DNA of 64,000 nucleotides. Source: Octopus vulgaris. Taxonomy: Eukaryota. The DNA is taken from assembly GCA_951406725.2 (NCBI GenBank), contig OX597831.1, positions 24,428,001 through 24,492,000 of the forward strand, given 5' to 3'. Below are positions 39,738 to 54,562 of this stretch, in pieces; positions within the stretch are counted from its first letter, which is position 1; the number at the start of each line of letters is the position of its first letter. The notes beneath the pieces were generated by a model. The model was not told where the DNA came from. It made no database searches and saw only the letters and a list, made by a program, of their open reading frames with translations. Made by a program: the position numbers and the translations under genes.

Positions 39738-40162
39738 ACGTTATGTTAATTCTAAAGCTTAAATATTGTTATTAATGTGGATATCATCTATGAGTAATTA
39801 CTATTAATTTATTTTTTTAAAAATTTAATGATATGCAGTATTATACATTAATGTGGAAATACATTCATAAATTGCTTCAAAAATTATGGTAAAGACTGTG
39901 CTTTGCCAAGAAGATTTAATTTGAAAGAAACATGTCTGGAGTTTCTTCCATGTTTGGTGACATGATTGAAATTATATTTTCAAGCTAATTTTTTTTTTTG
40001 CCCCCCACCTCCAATAATTTCTAATTCAATTTCTGCTACTCATAGCAATAAATACATTAAAACTAATTTAACAGTGCTTAGTATATTTACTTCATGTTTT
40101 GAATTCAAATTTTTCATGAAACCAGAGTCAGAGAAGTAAATATTTCTCACATACTGTACTTA

Positions 40163-40570
40163 GGGAGTGGCTGTGTGGTAAGTAGCTTGCTTACCAATCG
40201 CATGGTTCGGGGTTCAGTCCCACGTCATGGCACCTTGGGCAAGTGTTTTCTACTTTAGCCTTGGGCCGACCAAAGCCTTGTGAGTGAATTTGGGAGACGG
40301 AAACTGAAAGAAGCCCGTGGCGTGTGTATGTATATGTCTGTGTGTCTGTGTTTGTCCCCACCACCATCGCTTGACAACTGATATTGGTGTGTTTATGCAC
40401 CCCTGTAACTTAGTAGTTCAGCAAAAGAGGTCCGATAGAATAAGTGCTAGGCTTACAGACAATAAGTCCCGGGGTAGATTTCTTCAACTTAAAAATATCC
40501 TTTAAGACAATGCTCCAGCATGGCCACAGTCAAATGATTGAAACAAGTAAAAGAATAAAAGAAAAAAAAG
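40163..40570 (+). mobile_element. Family A CORE-like SINE
   Basis: Full length. Confidence 0.9.
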
Positions 40571-40883
40571 AAGTGCTGGGCACTTGAAATGGACACAACT
40601 TGCAAAAAGATGGGGGACCTAGAAAACATGGCCCAAAGTGGTGAAGAATCATTTCACGAAACTGAACTTCACATAAGAGATAATTTGAAAAAAAAACAAA
40701 AAAATCCTATGATGTGTTTGTATATGTGATGCTTATATCAGTGATATTGATATAAGCATTGGACAATGGTCATTGAAATAGTCCCATCATAACTGTATGA
40801 CAGCTGATAGCATCGGTTCTCTCCTTATTCATTATATCTTACCACCACCTTAATCTCTATCACTCTTTATTCACATTCACCTA

Positions 40884-40917
<34 letters not shown>

Positions 40918-40967
40918 AACATCAAGCATCTTTATTGCTATCTGACACTTATTGTCATCATCATTAT

Positions 40968-41107
<140 letters not shown>

Positions 41108-41576
41108 TTATCATTACCAACATCACCACTAAAACTGTCACTCTCTCCACCCATACACCAATGTGTCTGCCCACCCATGCACCCAGTAATTCCTGTGACA
41201 CGATAAGTGTCTTGAATGACAGAACGAGTGAAAGAAGAAGAGCGGTGACTCAACAAGAAGGTCTGGTGTGTTTGTCCCGGCTGAAACTTTTTGTAGATAG
41301 ACATCACGCAGGAATACCAACGTCTGCTGTTTACTGTTGTTGTTTCGATAGGATGGAGAGAACTCGAGAAGAACTTCAGAAATGTATCTATTGATCAATC
41401 ATCGGAAAATTGATCAGAAATTTGGGATATTCATCTTTACTTGATGAGGTAGATAACTTTTTAATGATCGTCAAAACTTGGATAGTTTCCAGTTGGAATT
41501 CATTGATTCCATAGGTTTTTGTTACACTTATGTGTATGTGTGTATTTAATTTTCTTGTTAATATTATTATTTTGCT

Positions 41577-41634
<58 letters not shown>

Positions 41635-41651
41635 GTAATAACAATGATAAT

Positions 41652-41797
41652 GGTTTCAAATTTTAGCATAAGGCCAGAAATTTCGGGGGATGGAGTAAGT
41701 CAATCACACTGACCCCAGTACACAACTGGTACTTATTTTATCGACCCTGAAAGAATGAAAGACAATATCAACCACTGCAGAATTTGAACTAATAATG

Positions 41798-41843
<46 letters not shown>

Positions 41844-42057
41844 TCCTTTCTACTATAGGCACAATGCCTGAAATTCGATGGGATGGGGCTAGTCGATTCT
41901 ATCGACCCCAGTGCATAACTGGTACTTACTTTGTTGACCCTGAAAGGAGGAAAAACAAAGTTGGACTTGATGGAATTTGAACTCAGAATGTAAAGACAGA
42001 TGAAATGATGCAAAGCATTTTGCCCAGTGGGCTAAAGATTCTACCAGCTCACCACTC
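41652..42057 (-). mobile_element. Two family B Nin-SINEs with (AAT)n tails
   Basis: Reverse-complement Nin cores. Confidence 0.8.
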
Positions 42058-42087
42058 TAATAATAATAATCATCAGCATCAGCATTG

Positions 42088-42845
42088 TCATCATCATCAT
42101 CGTTTAACATCCGTTCTCCATGCTAGCATGGGTTGGACAGTTCGACCGGGGTCTGGGAAGCCAGAAGGCTGCACCAGGCTCCAGTCTGATCTGGCAGTGT
42201 TTCTACAGCTGGATGCTCTTCCTAACACCAACCACTCCATGAGTGTAGTGGGTGCTTTTTACATGCCACCAGCACAGGTGCCAGGCAAGGCTGGCAACAG
42301 CCGCAATCGGGTGGTGCTTTTTACGTGACACCGGCACGGAAGCCAGTCAAAGTGGCACTGGCATCAGCCACATTCCGATGGTGCTTTTTATGTGCCACTG
42401 ACACAGGGATCACAACTACAATTTCCATTGATTTTTGATGTTGATATACTTGACTCAATAGTTCTCCTCAAGTACAGGGTCGAAACGGTGTTTCTTTACT
42501 TGCCACCTGCACAGGAGTCAGTCCAGTGGCACTGGCAATGACCGGGTGCTAGTCATCAAATTTGGTTCAATTTCGATATCACTTGCCCCAACAGGTCTTC
42601 ACAAGCAGAGTTTAGTGTCCAATGAAGGGAGGTTGGCATGGGTGCCAGTCGTCGGATGTGGTTCAATTTCGAATTCAATTTCAATTTCACTTGCCTCAAC
42701 AGGTCTTTGCAAACAGGGTTTTGTGTCCAAAGAAGGAAAGGTATGCATAAGTGGGCTGGCTACATCCCTGGCAAAGGCCATGGGTTATGGACTCACTTTT
42801 CCTGCCAGGTCTTCTCATGCACAGCATATTTCCAAAGGTCTCGGT
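42088..42845 (-). mobile_element. Long family C Meta-SINE with tandem internal units
   Basis: (CAT)n tail, Meta core, repeated GGTGCTTTTTACGTGCCAC units. Confidence 0.8.
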
Positions 42846-43076
42846 ATAAGAATAATAATAATAATAATAATAATAATTATTATTATTATGATGTCCGAAT
42901 TTCTTCTGTCTCTACATTCTGAATTCAAATTACGTCAGAGTCAGTTTTGTCTTTCATCCTTTCAAAGTCAATAAATTAAGTACCAGTGAAACACTGGGGT
43001 CGATGTAATTGACTAGTCCCCCTCCCTGCATATTTCAGGCCTTGCACTTAGAGTTGAAAGGATTATCATTATTACT

Positions 43077-43468
43077 GAGTGAGAGAGCAGTGCATGCCAT
43101 CAAAGTGACACTGGGGTAAAATATACGAAGCCCAGTATACCCATCATGACTACACGTCTGATAAGGGTACACCAGGCACATGCATCACAACCATATACGC
43201 GTGACATGGTGATCTCATATCAAGATAAACACCACATGACCTTGCAGGTGGGGCCCAGCTAGAATTTTCTTCTGGTTGAGTAACCCATTCCACTCAAAAG
43301 GTCCTTGAATAAGGGTTGTTTCAGGATGTTGAACGAAACACCCATGTTTCCAAAGGTGAAATATTCAAACCCCAAAGAATTCCTCTCAACACATGACTAT
43401 GATGCTCCCCTACAATTTCTGCACATGATCAGAGATGCACGTATTGTCAGCCACTAAGGGACATGCTC
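43077..43468. mobile_element. Family D repeat, truncated
   Basis: Same start as 14484 and 35717. Confidence 0.85.
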
Positions 43469-43787
43469 TTTTATTTTCTCCAGTCATAGCCCTTGTGGCA
43501 AATAAATAAATAAATAGTTATTAGCATTATTGTTCCATCTTCATCATTGTAGCTATTTTTGTTTTTGTTTTAATTTTTTTTTTTTTTTTTTTTTACTTCT
43601 CCATCAAATTGTAATTTGAATCTTATTGACTGCCATTATAATCTACATGGTCCTGGAAGCTTCTTTTCATTTATTCTTGTGATTGTCTGTCTTCATTTTT
43701 CTTGCTTTGTTTGAACATTTGTTTCTTTGTAGCTTTCAATGTTATTGTTGTTGATGTTCTTCACTATGGCTCTTCTCTCTCTCCTGC

Positions 43788-43819
<32 letters not shown>

Positions 43820-44696
43820 GCATATATACACACATATGCACACACATGCATACACTTTTTCTATGTCCATCTTCCAGAGACTGTTTTGTTTTTTTGCCAG
43901 ATTCCAATATTCCTATCGTCTTTTTCTTATTTTATTTAAACTTAAACTAAATCTAAGCTGACTGATACACACATACACACACAACTACACCTACACACAC
44001 GCGTGTACAAATATGCATTATGAGTGGGTATGTTTGTGTACATATGTATACATAAATATATGTATGTATAACATTTTGAGTGGCTTTATGTGTAAGACAG
44101 ATAAGTAGTTACACAGGCACGTCCACGTGAAACACATACTTACATGTCCAGGTAAATACTTACCCACACATTTCTATAAAGATAAATTATGCACACATAT
44201 ACATGTACATTGGAATAAATTTCAAAATTTGAATGTCTATAAGAGGGGGAAAAAATTGTTAAAAAATTTCAACAAGCTGCCAGTCAAATTCCTCGATAAA
44301 TTTTTCTGAATATGTATATGTGTAGGTGTACCTGTGTGCATGTGTATACATATATATATGTGTGTGGATAAATATATATACATATATTTATATGTTTGTA
44401 TGTATGATCATCATATGTATGTATGTATATATATATATATGTATGTATGTCTATATATCTATGTATATGTATGTATGTCTGTGTATGTATATATATCTTT
44501 GTGTATGCATGTATGTATGTCTGTGTATGTATATATATCTATGTATATGTATGTATGTCTGTATACGTATGTATATATCTGTATATGCATGTTTGTATGT
44601 ATGTATGTGTATATATTTATTCACACAGTGAAGTCTGTTTTATTTTTCAACTTTTCTCTAATAGAGTTTAAGCCAGTTTCCAACCCACTCTATGTA

Positions 44697-44729
<33 letters not shown>

Positions 44730-46019
44730 GTTTCTGTTTGTGTGCATACATTTCCATTATCATCATTGTTATGGAATTCATTGAAGTTCAATAACTTGTC
44801 CATGTCCACCATGATGGATACGCAAGTGGAGTAAAGTATATTTGTATACAATTTAGTCGTGTTCAAATCTGACCATCTAACCTCAGGCAGTAAATAAAAT
44901 CTGTTCCTGGATGTAATTAGTCTGTAAATGAAATTTACTAATTAGTGAATTTACATTTAAATACCAATTATTATATAAATGAAACTATAGACTGCGCAGT
45001 TCAGGAGTTTCCCCAATGCCTCATAATAGCTCTTCGAGGTAAGATAATGATGCATTGTTGTCCCTCGCTCTTAAATTATGTATTGTAACCTTTCAGATTT
45101 TGGGTTGTGAATTTTTAATGTCCTCATTATTGTTCTTGACTCCTTGTATGGTCTTACTAGATTGATTTGCATTCAGTTAAGAATATTATAACTGTAACTT
45201 ATCACTGGGACTGTTAGAGTATTAGTGTCTTTGATGGTGCAAGCCAGGTAACATGATTGAGTATAATTTTTGATTTTCTCTATATATCTGACTCATTATT
45301 TAATGTACCTCGTCTACAGCTAGACATCTGTTTCTGTATCTCTGTCACACTGTAACCTTTCATCATCTGGCACGAGATCACCTCCTCCAATGTCCCCTCC
45401 CCACCTCGCTTCTCAAAGATTTCTTGTCTTGCAAAGTTACTTAGTGACCTGCTGGTGCCACTTCAAAAACATCCAGTCCTCACTGTAAAATTTCCAGTTG
45501 TTTATCATTTGCAATAGAAAACTTGAGGTCATCCATATCAAAAAAAAAAAAAAAAAAAAGCAAGTTGAGTATAATTGTAGTGTACATGTATCTGTCCTGA
45601 GGTTGTTGGTGTTAGGAAGGGCATCCAGCTATAAAAACCTTGCCAAAACAAACACAGAGGTAAGGTGCAGGCTCCTACTTTTAGTTTCAACATTCGGCTA
45701 TCTCTATTTGCAGATCTTTATATTTGAATAATTTCTCCATTTCCGTTACAGATTCATTATTGTCTGTTGGAACTGGTACTTTAATCAAGTAATTTTTCCT
45801 TTCCTCTTTGTTCTAAACAACTCCGTCAGGCTGATTAACTTTGATGTCATTGTCTGTGTAGATTGACATAGTTTCTTTTCATTCTCTGAAACCATTTCTC
45901 TTTTGTGTTGATACTGCCTCTTTTCTATCAGTACTTCATAACTCTGGCATAACATCAAATGTATCAAAACCTCTGTGCCATGCCTATAGATGTCTTCTGT
46001 TTTTACAAAGACTGTAGTA

Positions 46020-46162
46020 AACTCACGGAGTGGTTGGCATTAGGAAGGGCATCCAGCTGTAGAAACACTGCCAGATCAGACTGGAGCCTGGTGCAGCCCC
46101 TGGCTTCCCAGACCCCGGTCGAACCGTCCAACCCGTGCTAGCGTGGAAAACGGACGTTAAAC

Positions 46163-46201
<39 letters not shown>
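46020..46201 (+). mobile_element. Family C Meta-SINE 3' part
   Basis: Meta core and (GAT)n tail. Confidence 0.85.
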
Positions 46202-46202
<1 letters not shown>

Positions 46203-46390
46203 TGCATCCTGAAACAAATGAAAAAACAATTGTTTCTTCCAAACTCTCATTACTCTACAAATACTTAATTTATTCTGCTTCAGTTCATGCTTATTATAGT
46301 TTCTGGTATTAAAAATTTTTTTTTTTTTTAAATCTGTGATCCCGTACCACAGTTCTTTCTGTTTTAGCTTTGAGTCTTGTAATCATTATA

Positions 46391-46623
46391 CAGGGTGCGG
46401 CAGAAAAGTTTCCCTGATTTCAAATGTTTATAAAAAACAAACACATCAAGATGCATGAAAAAAACTTTGTATTTCTCTGAAGTTCATTAAATGCCATTGT
46501 TTTTTTCTGTTTCAGGTAGTACCCACAATGGCCTGGAATGGAGAGCATTGTTTTTTCTTGTATCTTCATGTGCTTGTTTTGTATGAACCTTTGAAATCAG
46601 GGCAAACTTTCTGATGCACCCTG
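46391..46623 (+). mobile_element. Tc1/mariner-derived MITE
   Basis: TA TSDs; long TIRs starting CAGGGTGC; residual MAWNGEH start resembling a mariner-type transposase N-terminus. Confidence 0.85.
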
Positions 46624-46691
46624 TAGCTCATACTTGTCTATATTCTCAACATCCACCCCTGCACCCAGCTATTGGCCACAAAGAGGCAGGA

Positions 46692-47120
46692 GCTTTTACT
46701 CTTTTACTCTTTTACTTGTTTCAGTCATGTGACTGTGGCCATGCTGGAGCACCGCTTTTAGTCAAGCAAATCAAGAACTTATTCTTTGTAAGCCTAGTAC
46801 TTATTCTATCGGTCTGTTTTGCCAAACCGCTAAGTTACAGGGACGTAAACATACCAGCATTGGTTGTCAAGCGATGTTGGTGGGGACAAACACAGACACT
46901 TAAACATATATACACACACACATACATACATATATATATATATATATACACATACATAAATACGATGGGCTTCTTTTAGTTTCCGTCTACCAAATCCACT
47001 CACAAGGCTTTGGTTGGCCCGAGGCTATAGTAGAAGACACTTACCCAAAGTGTCACGCTGTGGGACTGAACCCAGAACCATGTGGTTGGTAAGCAAGCTA
47101 CTTACCACACAGCCACTCCA
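46692..47120 (-). mobile_element. Family A CORE-like SINE
   Basis: Full length reverse complement. Confidence 0.9.
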
Positions 47121-48082
47121 TTCTCTAATTCCATTTTAGCTCAGTCTTTAGTCTTTTTCCTAATTTTTCTCAATTTTTTCTACTTTCACTTTGCAACAGT
47201 CTATTATTTTGATTCAATTTTGTTTCCCAATTTCTAGGATTTCTATCTGCTTCATATTAGTTTTGCATTGTTCGTCACTATATATTTTTACAGTCCATTA
47301 TTAGTATTTATGAATAATAAATAAATACAATAAATAAATAAAAAAAATAAATCATCATCATCATTATTATTATTAGGGGGTAGTCATTATTAGTAGTAGT
47401 CGTAATCATTATGGTATTTTTTTTTTCTGGCTCTTATTGATTAGTCCTGATCTATAACACAATATAAAATACTAGGTTCATTGCTTGATACAGGTGGAAT
47501 ACAAGATATTTACTTAATCAATGCAAGCAGCTTCTACTCTACTAACAAGTACTTAACAGTTAAAAATCTAACTAAATCTCCACTCTTCCTGTTTCTCTCT
47601 TCTCGTTTAATTGATTATGTCTAATGTTCAGATTTTCTGACTATCTCTCATTAAATTATCTCCAGTGAATAATATTAGTTGGATTCTAAAGACACTAGTT
47701 TTGAACCAGTTTCCAGCTAATACATATTTATTTTTTATATAAGTTTTACATTAAACTTTTGCGAACAATAGTATCACTGATTATAGGTTTCCAACTGAGC
47801 AATCACTAGGTTAATGCATGTATTGGTAGGCATGGTCACAAAAGAATCTCTTTTCTTTATTTTTACTGTTTTTGCCTTTTAAAGGAGGAACGAACTGTTC
47901 TGTGGTGTTTGGCAGGGCAACCAACTGTGAAAAGCACAAGAAAGAAAATGTTTGAGCAAGGCATTTGCTCTTAGACTTAGTAAGTTGAACAACTTTTGTA
48001 AAAGGGATATTACAACTAAATATAATGATTTTTAATCACCAACGTCTGACGTCTTGCTGTGTTGCTGCTGCCTCTTCTTCTT

Positions 48083-48200
48083 CTAGGAATGAGGACCCAG
48101 GCTCGAAATTTCCTGATGAAGGCTGGAGGGTACATCAGCTAAAACGTTGTGTTAACACCAAACAAGATGAGGACAAATATCCATCAAATGTAAATAATGT
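48083..48200 (+). mobile_element. HHR family 2 fragment, degenerate hammerhead
   Basis: Aligns to 36487-36612; stem I deleted, GAAA changed to AAAA. Confidence 0.8.
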
Positions 48201-48473
48201 GAATCTACTCAACATTAGTGTTACTGTCTCAAGTTTATGAACTGCGATCATGGGCACTATATTTAGTTTATAATGCAAGTCCATATTTAGTTACTGAATA
48301 GATGGTGCAGTAAATATGAGCAGTCAAATCACCTTGGGCTATAATTATTTTACAGTTGGTTAATCTGTGATGGTAAATACCAAAATACTAGTGCATACTG
48401 ATTATACACACACATATATGTATATATACCTATATGTGTGTGTGTATATATGTATATATATATGTATATATAT

Positions 48474-48737
48474 CGGGCCCCCGTGCCGGTGGCACATAAA
48501 AAGTACCATCCGATCGTGGCCGTTTGCCAGCCTCATCTGGCACCTGTGCAGGTGGCACGTAAAAAGCACCCACTACATGGAGTGGTTGGCGTTAGGAAGG
48601 GCATCAAGCTGGAGAAACACTGCCAGATCAGACTGGGCCTGGCGCAGCCTTCTGGCTTCCCAGACCCCAGTTGAACCGTCCAACCCATGCTAGCATGGAA
48701 AACGGACGTTAAACGATGATGATGATGATGATGATGA

Positions 48738-48741
<4 letters not shown>
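48474..48741 (+). mobile_element. Family C Meta-SINE
   Basis: Tandem units, Meta core, (GAT)n tail. Confidence 0.85.
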
Positions 48742-48787
<46 letters not shown>

Positions 48788-48834
48788 TTGTGTGTGTGTA
48801 TGTATATATGTATGTATCTATCTATCTATCTATC

Positions 48835-48865
<31 letters not shown>

Positions 48866-49814
48866 TCATACATGTGTGTATTGCAAGAATTTTGATCTGC
48901 CACCATGAGTTGAAATTGATATTGTTCTAATTTGCTAGGCTGTTATTGCAATTAAGCACATGCTTGCTGGAGTGCTTTTTGTTGTTAACTAATTGTCCAT
49001 AAATTTCTCATTACATAATTGTGAACTTTCCCAGTGATTTTAAATTCTCTAACTTATTTTCTCTTACACATTATTCTGTTAAGCATGTGGGTTTTTTTTT
49101 ATTATTAAGTTACTACACTGAGTGTCTACATTAGACTTGTCTGCATTTGATACAGCATACCATTGACTTTCTCTACAGCTAGTCATCACTCTTTCTCTCA
49201 CATTATTGGTACTAATTATTTGTTCATACATTCACTTGGTTCTATTATTCACTCTATCACCTTACAGGCAAAAACTGTTGCTACCATCATTTGCTCTCTT
49301 CTATTACTCCTTCTCCCAATTCTTTTCTCTTACTTATTTCAATCTCTTACCCTGGATCATTTGTCATTACTATCTGTGCTGTTCACTCTCTTGGTCACAT
49401 CACTTTAGATAAAAGAAAATAAGACTGGGAGGACTCTTTGGTCCTGCAGGGTAAAAATCCATCCTCATTAGTGTTACTTTCAGAGTAAAATGCTATTGTT
49501 GCACTCAGTAAAGTGCTTGGTGTTAAAAAGAGCAACCATCCATAGAAATCATGTGAAACGGGGAATATATTAACTGTCCAGAGGAGTAGTGATTTTGAAT
49601 TAGAACTGAGATGGACAATATTGTGTAACAAAATTTTTTTCTGCCTTTGGTCAGTAAGTGTTATTTCCTATTTGCTTCTGTCTAGAAATCAAAGGAAATG
49701 ACTACTATTCCCTTCAGACATTGCTTTTGTGACCTGGACATCAATGATTTGAAACTGACCTATTTTCCTTTACATTTCAAACAGATTCAACAGAGTTGCT
49801 GGAGCAGATATATC

Positions 49815-49978
49815 ATTATAGCAAATATTCTGCTCAATACCACAGATTTGCTTGTCAGTTGCTTGACCTTATCCAATTGAGCATGTCCCTTAGTGGCATC
49901 TCTGGCCATTAGCAGGAGCATTGGGAGAGCATCATGGCCATAGCCATGTGTTGATAGAGATTCATCGGGGTTGGAATA
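49815..49978. mobile_element. Family D fragment in opposite orientation
   Basis: AGCAAATATTCTGCTCAATACCACAGATTTGCTTGTCAG is the reverse complement of 36128-36167. Confidence 0.75.
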
Positions 49979-50661
49979 AATGAAACAAAAGCAAAGTCTG
50001 AAGGAAATATTAACCATTTTTCATACTTTCTAAGGGTAAGCAATAAGAAATAACAGTTATTACCCAAGGATAAAAGAATTGTGTTACACAGTACAATGAT
50101 AACATGTCCAGAGCAGAACAACACAGAAACTGGATATAAAATGATGATGATGGTGATAATAATACACACACACACTCACATTTCAGAAGAAGACAGATAC
50201 CATTATTTTTTAAAGGCTTATTTCTCCTTCCTTTGGATCATGCTAGTCATAGAAGGGGTTTCCTTCTGTCTTCTTTGCCATAGGGATCTTTGTGGTCTTC
50301 ATCACTGTTTACAATTGTCTTTAAAAAAATACCTTAACATATCCTATAGATGTAATTTTTGATGCTGAATCTGAGTTTGTTTTTCATTTATTCTAGAAAA
50401 ATTTTGCAAAAATATTATAGGTATTCAAAGTTCGATAATTTTCAAAATGTTCAACCAATCAGAAAACAGCACGTTTGCTGCCTCTTCCATCATTAGGGAG
50501 GAGGAGGGGTATCAGCATGTCAAAACATTAAACTAGGGTTTTATAAAATAAGTTTTCTTGTATCCCTTTCTCCTCTTTGTGCATATGCACAGCATCTTTG
50601 GTTGCTATGGAAAGAGTTCTTCACAATCAGCTATGCAACACGTGGTGCTTCTTTGCTTCAG

Positions 50662-50835
50662 TTACTCTTTTACTTGTTTCAGTCATTTGACTATGGCCAT
50701 GCTGGAGCACTGCCTTTTAGTCGAGCAAATTGACACCAGGACTTATTCTTTTTGCCGAACCGCTAAGTTACTGGGACATAAACATCGGTTGTCAAGCGAT
50801 GTTGGGGGTACAAACACATAAACACACACACACAT

Positions 50836-50866
<31 letters not shown>

Positions 50867-51037
50867 CATATATATGATGGGCTTCTTTCAATTTCCGTCT
50901 ACCAAATCTACTCACAAGGCTTTCGTCAGCCTGAGGCTATAGTAGAAGACACTTGCCCAAGGTGCCACGCCATGGGATTGAACCTGGAACCATGTTGTTG
51001 GTAAGCAATCTACTTACCACACAGCCTCTCCTACGCT
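50662..51037 (-). mobile_element. Family A CORE-like SINE
   Basis: Reverse-complement match with internal deletion. Confidence 0.85.
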
Positions 51038-51668
51038 TAGATTTTGCCAATTTCAAAGGCAAGTGGCTTCTTAATTATGGAGTTATAGAGAAAATGAATT
51101 TCATTTTCATAATTTGTATACAAAACTTAATCCATATACTAAATTTGTAAACAATTGGAACAAAACTGTAAACAGTGATGAAAACCCCAAAGATGCTGCC
51201 ACAGTAGTTGACAACTTGACGAAGATACCCCACACAGGTACTCGAATTCATTTGCAGTGGGTTCTGCAGCATCAGCTGCTTTACTAAAGACATTATTTGA
51301 AAGCCTCAAGACATCTCACAGAAGGTCAAAGTTGACCTGAGCAGGAGGCACATGGTTCCATTCCTTTGCTGATGAATTGCACAGTTATTCTGTTAACTGT
51401 GCCAAGGTTTTATGCAATCTCAAACTGGTTGAGTCCACATTGTGACTGACCCACAATATAGCCCCTTTGAAAATGACGCAGAACTTACGCCTCTGGGGTT
51501 TACAGGAATGGCTGGTTGTCATAAGCAACGAATATACTCTAGCCTGAAATGAGAAATAATAATACATTAACAAGTCTGAAGCACCAGGTAGTGTCTACAA
51601 CTGATAAAAACGGTATAATGTGGGGGCTTTCTTAATTTTTGAGATGTCTGTGTGTGTGTGAGTGTGTG

Positions 51669-51721
<53 letters not shown>

Positions 51722-52086
51722 CACTTTACACACTTTTATACACACTATGAATGATGCTATACAAATGCATGTGCATATATATATTTATACATACATACAT
51801 ATATATACATTTATACATAGACACACACATATATATATTTATACATACATGCATATATAAATATATATATTTATACATATATATATTCATACATATATGC
51901 ATATATAAATATATATATTTATACATATATATATTCATACATATATACATATATATCTATATAGACATATATGTATGTATATATATATATGTATGTATAT
52001 ATTTATATATGTATATATTTATATGTATGTATATATTTGCATATATATATGTATATATGCATATGTATATATATGCATATATAAAA

Positions 52087-52126
<40 letters not shown>

Positions 52127-52360
52127 ATAAGCATATATGTATGTATATATGCATATATATATATGTAAGTATATATCCCTACACAGACAGACAGACAGAC
52201 ATGCATACATACATATATCAAATTCTTATATTCAGTATGGAAACATAAGCTTAACTTTTATAAACATTCAGTTTATAAAACTGAATGTTTATAGTTGAGA
52301 TTAAAAAATCCAAATATGTTTGCTTATGCACATACGAAAATACATCGGCACACACACACA

Positions 52361-52409
<49 letters not shown>

Positions 52410-53099
52410 TCATATGCACACTCACACACACTCACACACAGTGATTGTAGAGGTATGTAACTTATCATGAAATGATTTATCAAACACAATGTTATTTGCT
52501 ACTTGTAAATGTATCCTTGAGTAATAGATGGTCGATTGTTAAGTTTTTGCCAACATCGTTTCTCCCCAATTTATCTCACTTTAAAAGCAAACAAAAAAAA
52601 AAAAAGTTAAAAAAAAAAAAAGCAAATTATAATGGAAATAAACACTATCAAAAGCAATTCTTAAAGTGTTATTTTGATCTGAAAATACTATTTTCGTAGA
52701 ATTATCACTATGCCTGGAGTGATTTTTACTTTGTTTTTCCATAAGTTTTTGTTTCTTTTGTCTAACATTTTATTATTTATTTATATATTTTTTGTTTAGT
52801 TTCTGCTCCTTAAATCTACTGTTAATGATAACACTGTAACAAAACATAAAATTTAAAAGACAAGAAAATGCCCAAAGCTCAAGACTTCACTCTACTATTT
52901 GTTTAGAGTTGGCAAGTGCTGCAGAGAAGTCTGTCTTGTACGGTAAGGTGCTGCTAGGTTGGGTTATCATCTTGATTTCGATTCCTACTTTCCTTTGTGT
53001 TATGATACTCGGTGTTGCTTAAACAAAATTTTGAAAAAAAGTTCAGAAATTTAGCCGAATATAATATTAATATTCTTGTGGTAATATGCAGCTAGCTAA

Positions 53100-53467
53100 A
53101 GGCGCCAAGCTGGCAGAAATGTTAGCACACCGGGTGAAATGATTAGCGATATTTCGTCTGCTGTTAAATTCTGAGTTCAAATTCTGTTGAGGTTGACTTT
53201 GCTTTTCATCCTTTCAGGATCAATAAATTAAGTACCTGTTACGCACTGGGAGCGATGTAATCGACTTGATCCCTTTGTCTGTCCTTGTTTGTCCCCTCTG
53301 TGTTTAGTCCCTTGTGGGCAATAAAGAAATAAGAAGCTTGCTTCCCAACCACATGGATCAGGGTTCAGTCCTACTGTGTGGCACCTTGGGTAAGTGTCTT
53401 CTGCTATAGCCTCAGGCCGACCAAACCCTTATGAGTGAATTTAGTGGATGGAAACTGAAAGAAGACT

Positions 53468-53510
<43 letters not shown>

Positions 53511-53930
53511 ATGTGTGTCTGCGTCTGTCCCCCTACCATCACTTGACAACTGATGTTGGTGTGTTTACGTCCCCATAACTTAATTGTTTGGCAAAAGAGA
53601 ACAATAGAATAAGTACTAGGCTTACAAAGAATAAGTCTTAGGGTCGATTTCTTTGACTAAAGGCGGTGCTCCAGTATGGCTGCAGTCAAATGACTGAAAC
53701 AAATAAAAGAAATGCGTGTGTGTCTTTCTGTTTGTCCCCTCACCACTACTTGACAACTGGCATTCGTTTGTTTATGTCCCTGTAACATAGCAGTTTAATA
53801 ATAAGAAGACTGATAGAATGAGTACCAGGCTTAAAAGCAAATATTAGGGTCAGTTTACCTGACCAAACCCTTCAAGGTAGTACCACAGCATGTTGACAGT
53901 CTAACGGCTGAGACAAGTAAAAAAAAAAAG
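53100..53930 (+). mobile_element. SINE cluster: family B, family A, family A 3' half
   Basis: B 53100-53332, A 53333-53711, A-3' 53715-53930. Confidence 0.85.
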
Positions 53931-53998
53931 AAAATATGCATGCTCTTAACAAAAGTAGTAGAAAAGCTAACTTGATACAAAAACACAACATTATTAAT

Positions 53999-54562
53999 TC
54001 ATCATCATCATCATCGTTTACTGTCCGCTTTCCCTGCTAGCATGGGTTGGACGATTTGACTGAGGAATGGTGAACCAGATTGCTGCACCAGGCTCCAATC
54101 TTGATCTTGCAGTGTTTCTACAGCTGGATGCCCTTCCTAATGCCAACCACTCCAAGAGTGTAGTGGGTGATTTTACGTGCCATGGCATGAGGGCCAGTCA
54201 GGCAGTACTGGCAGCAGCCATGCTCAAATGGTGTTTTTTACGTGCCACCTGCACAGGAGCCAGTCCAGCAGCACTGGCAATGACCTCGCATGAATGTTTT
54301 TTCACGTACCACCAGCACAAGTATCAGTAAGGTGACGCTGGTAACGATCATGCTTGAATGGTGCCTCTTACGTGTCACCAGCACGGAAGCCAGTTAGCTG
54401 CTCTGGCAACGATCACACTTGGATGGTGCTCTTAAGGCTCCACTAGCACAGATGCCAGTCATCGAATTTGATTTCAATTTTGATTTCAATTTTGATTTCA
54501 CTTGCCTCGGCAGGTTTTTGAAAGCAGAGTTTAATGTCCAATGAAGGAAAGGTACACATAAG
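53999..54562 (-). mobile_element. Long family C Meta-SINE
   Basis: Aligns to 42088-42845. Confidence 0.8.

Noticed and set aside
44991-45038. 48-nt exon candidate ending GAG|GTAAGA
   Set aside because: The acceptor lacks a polypyrimidine tract and the peptide is unrecognisable
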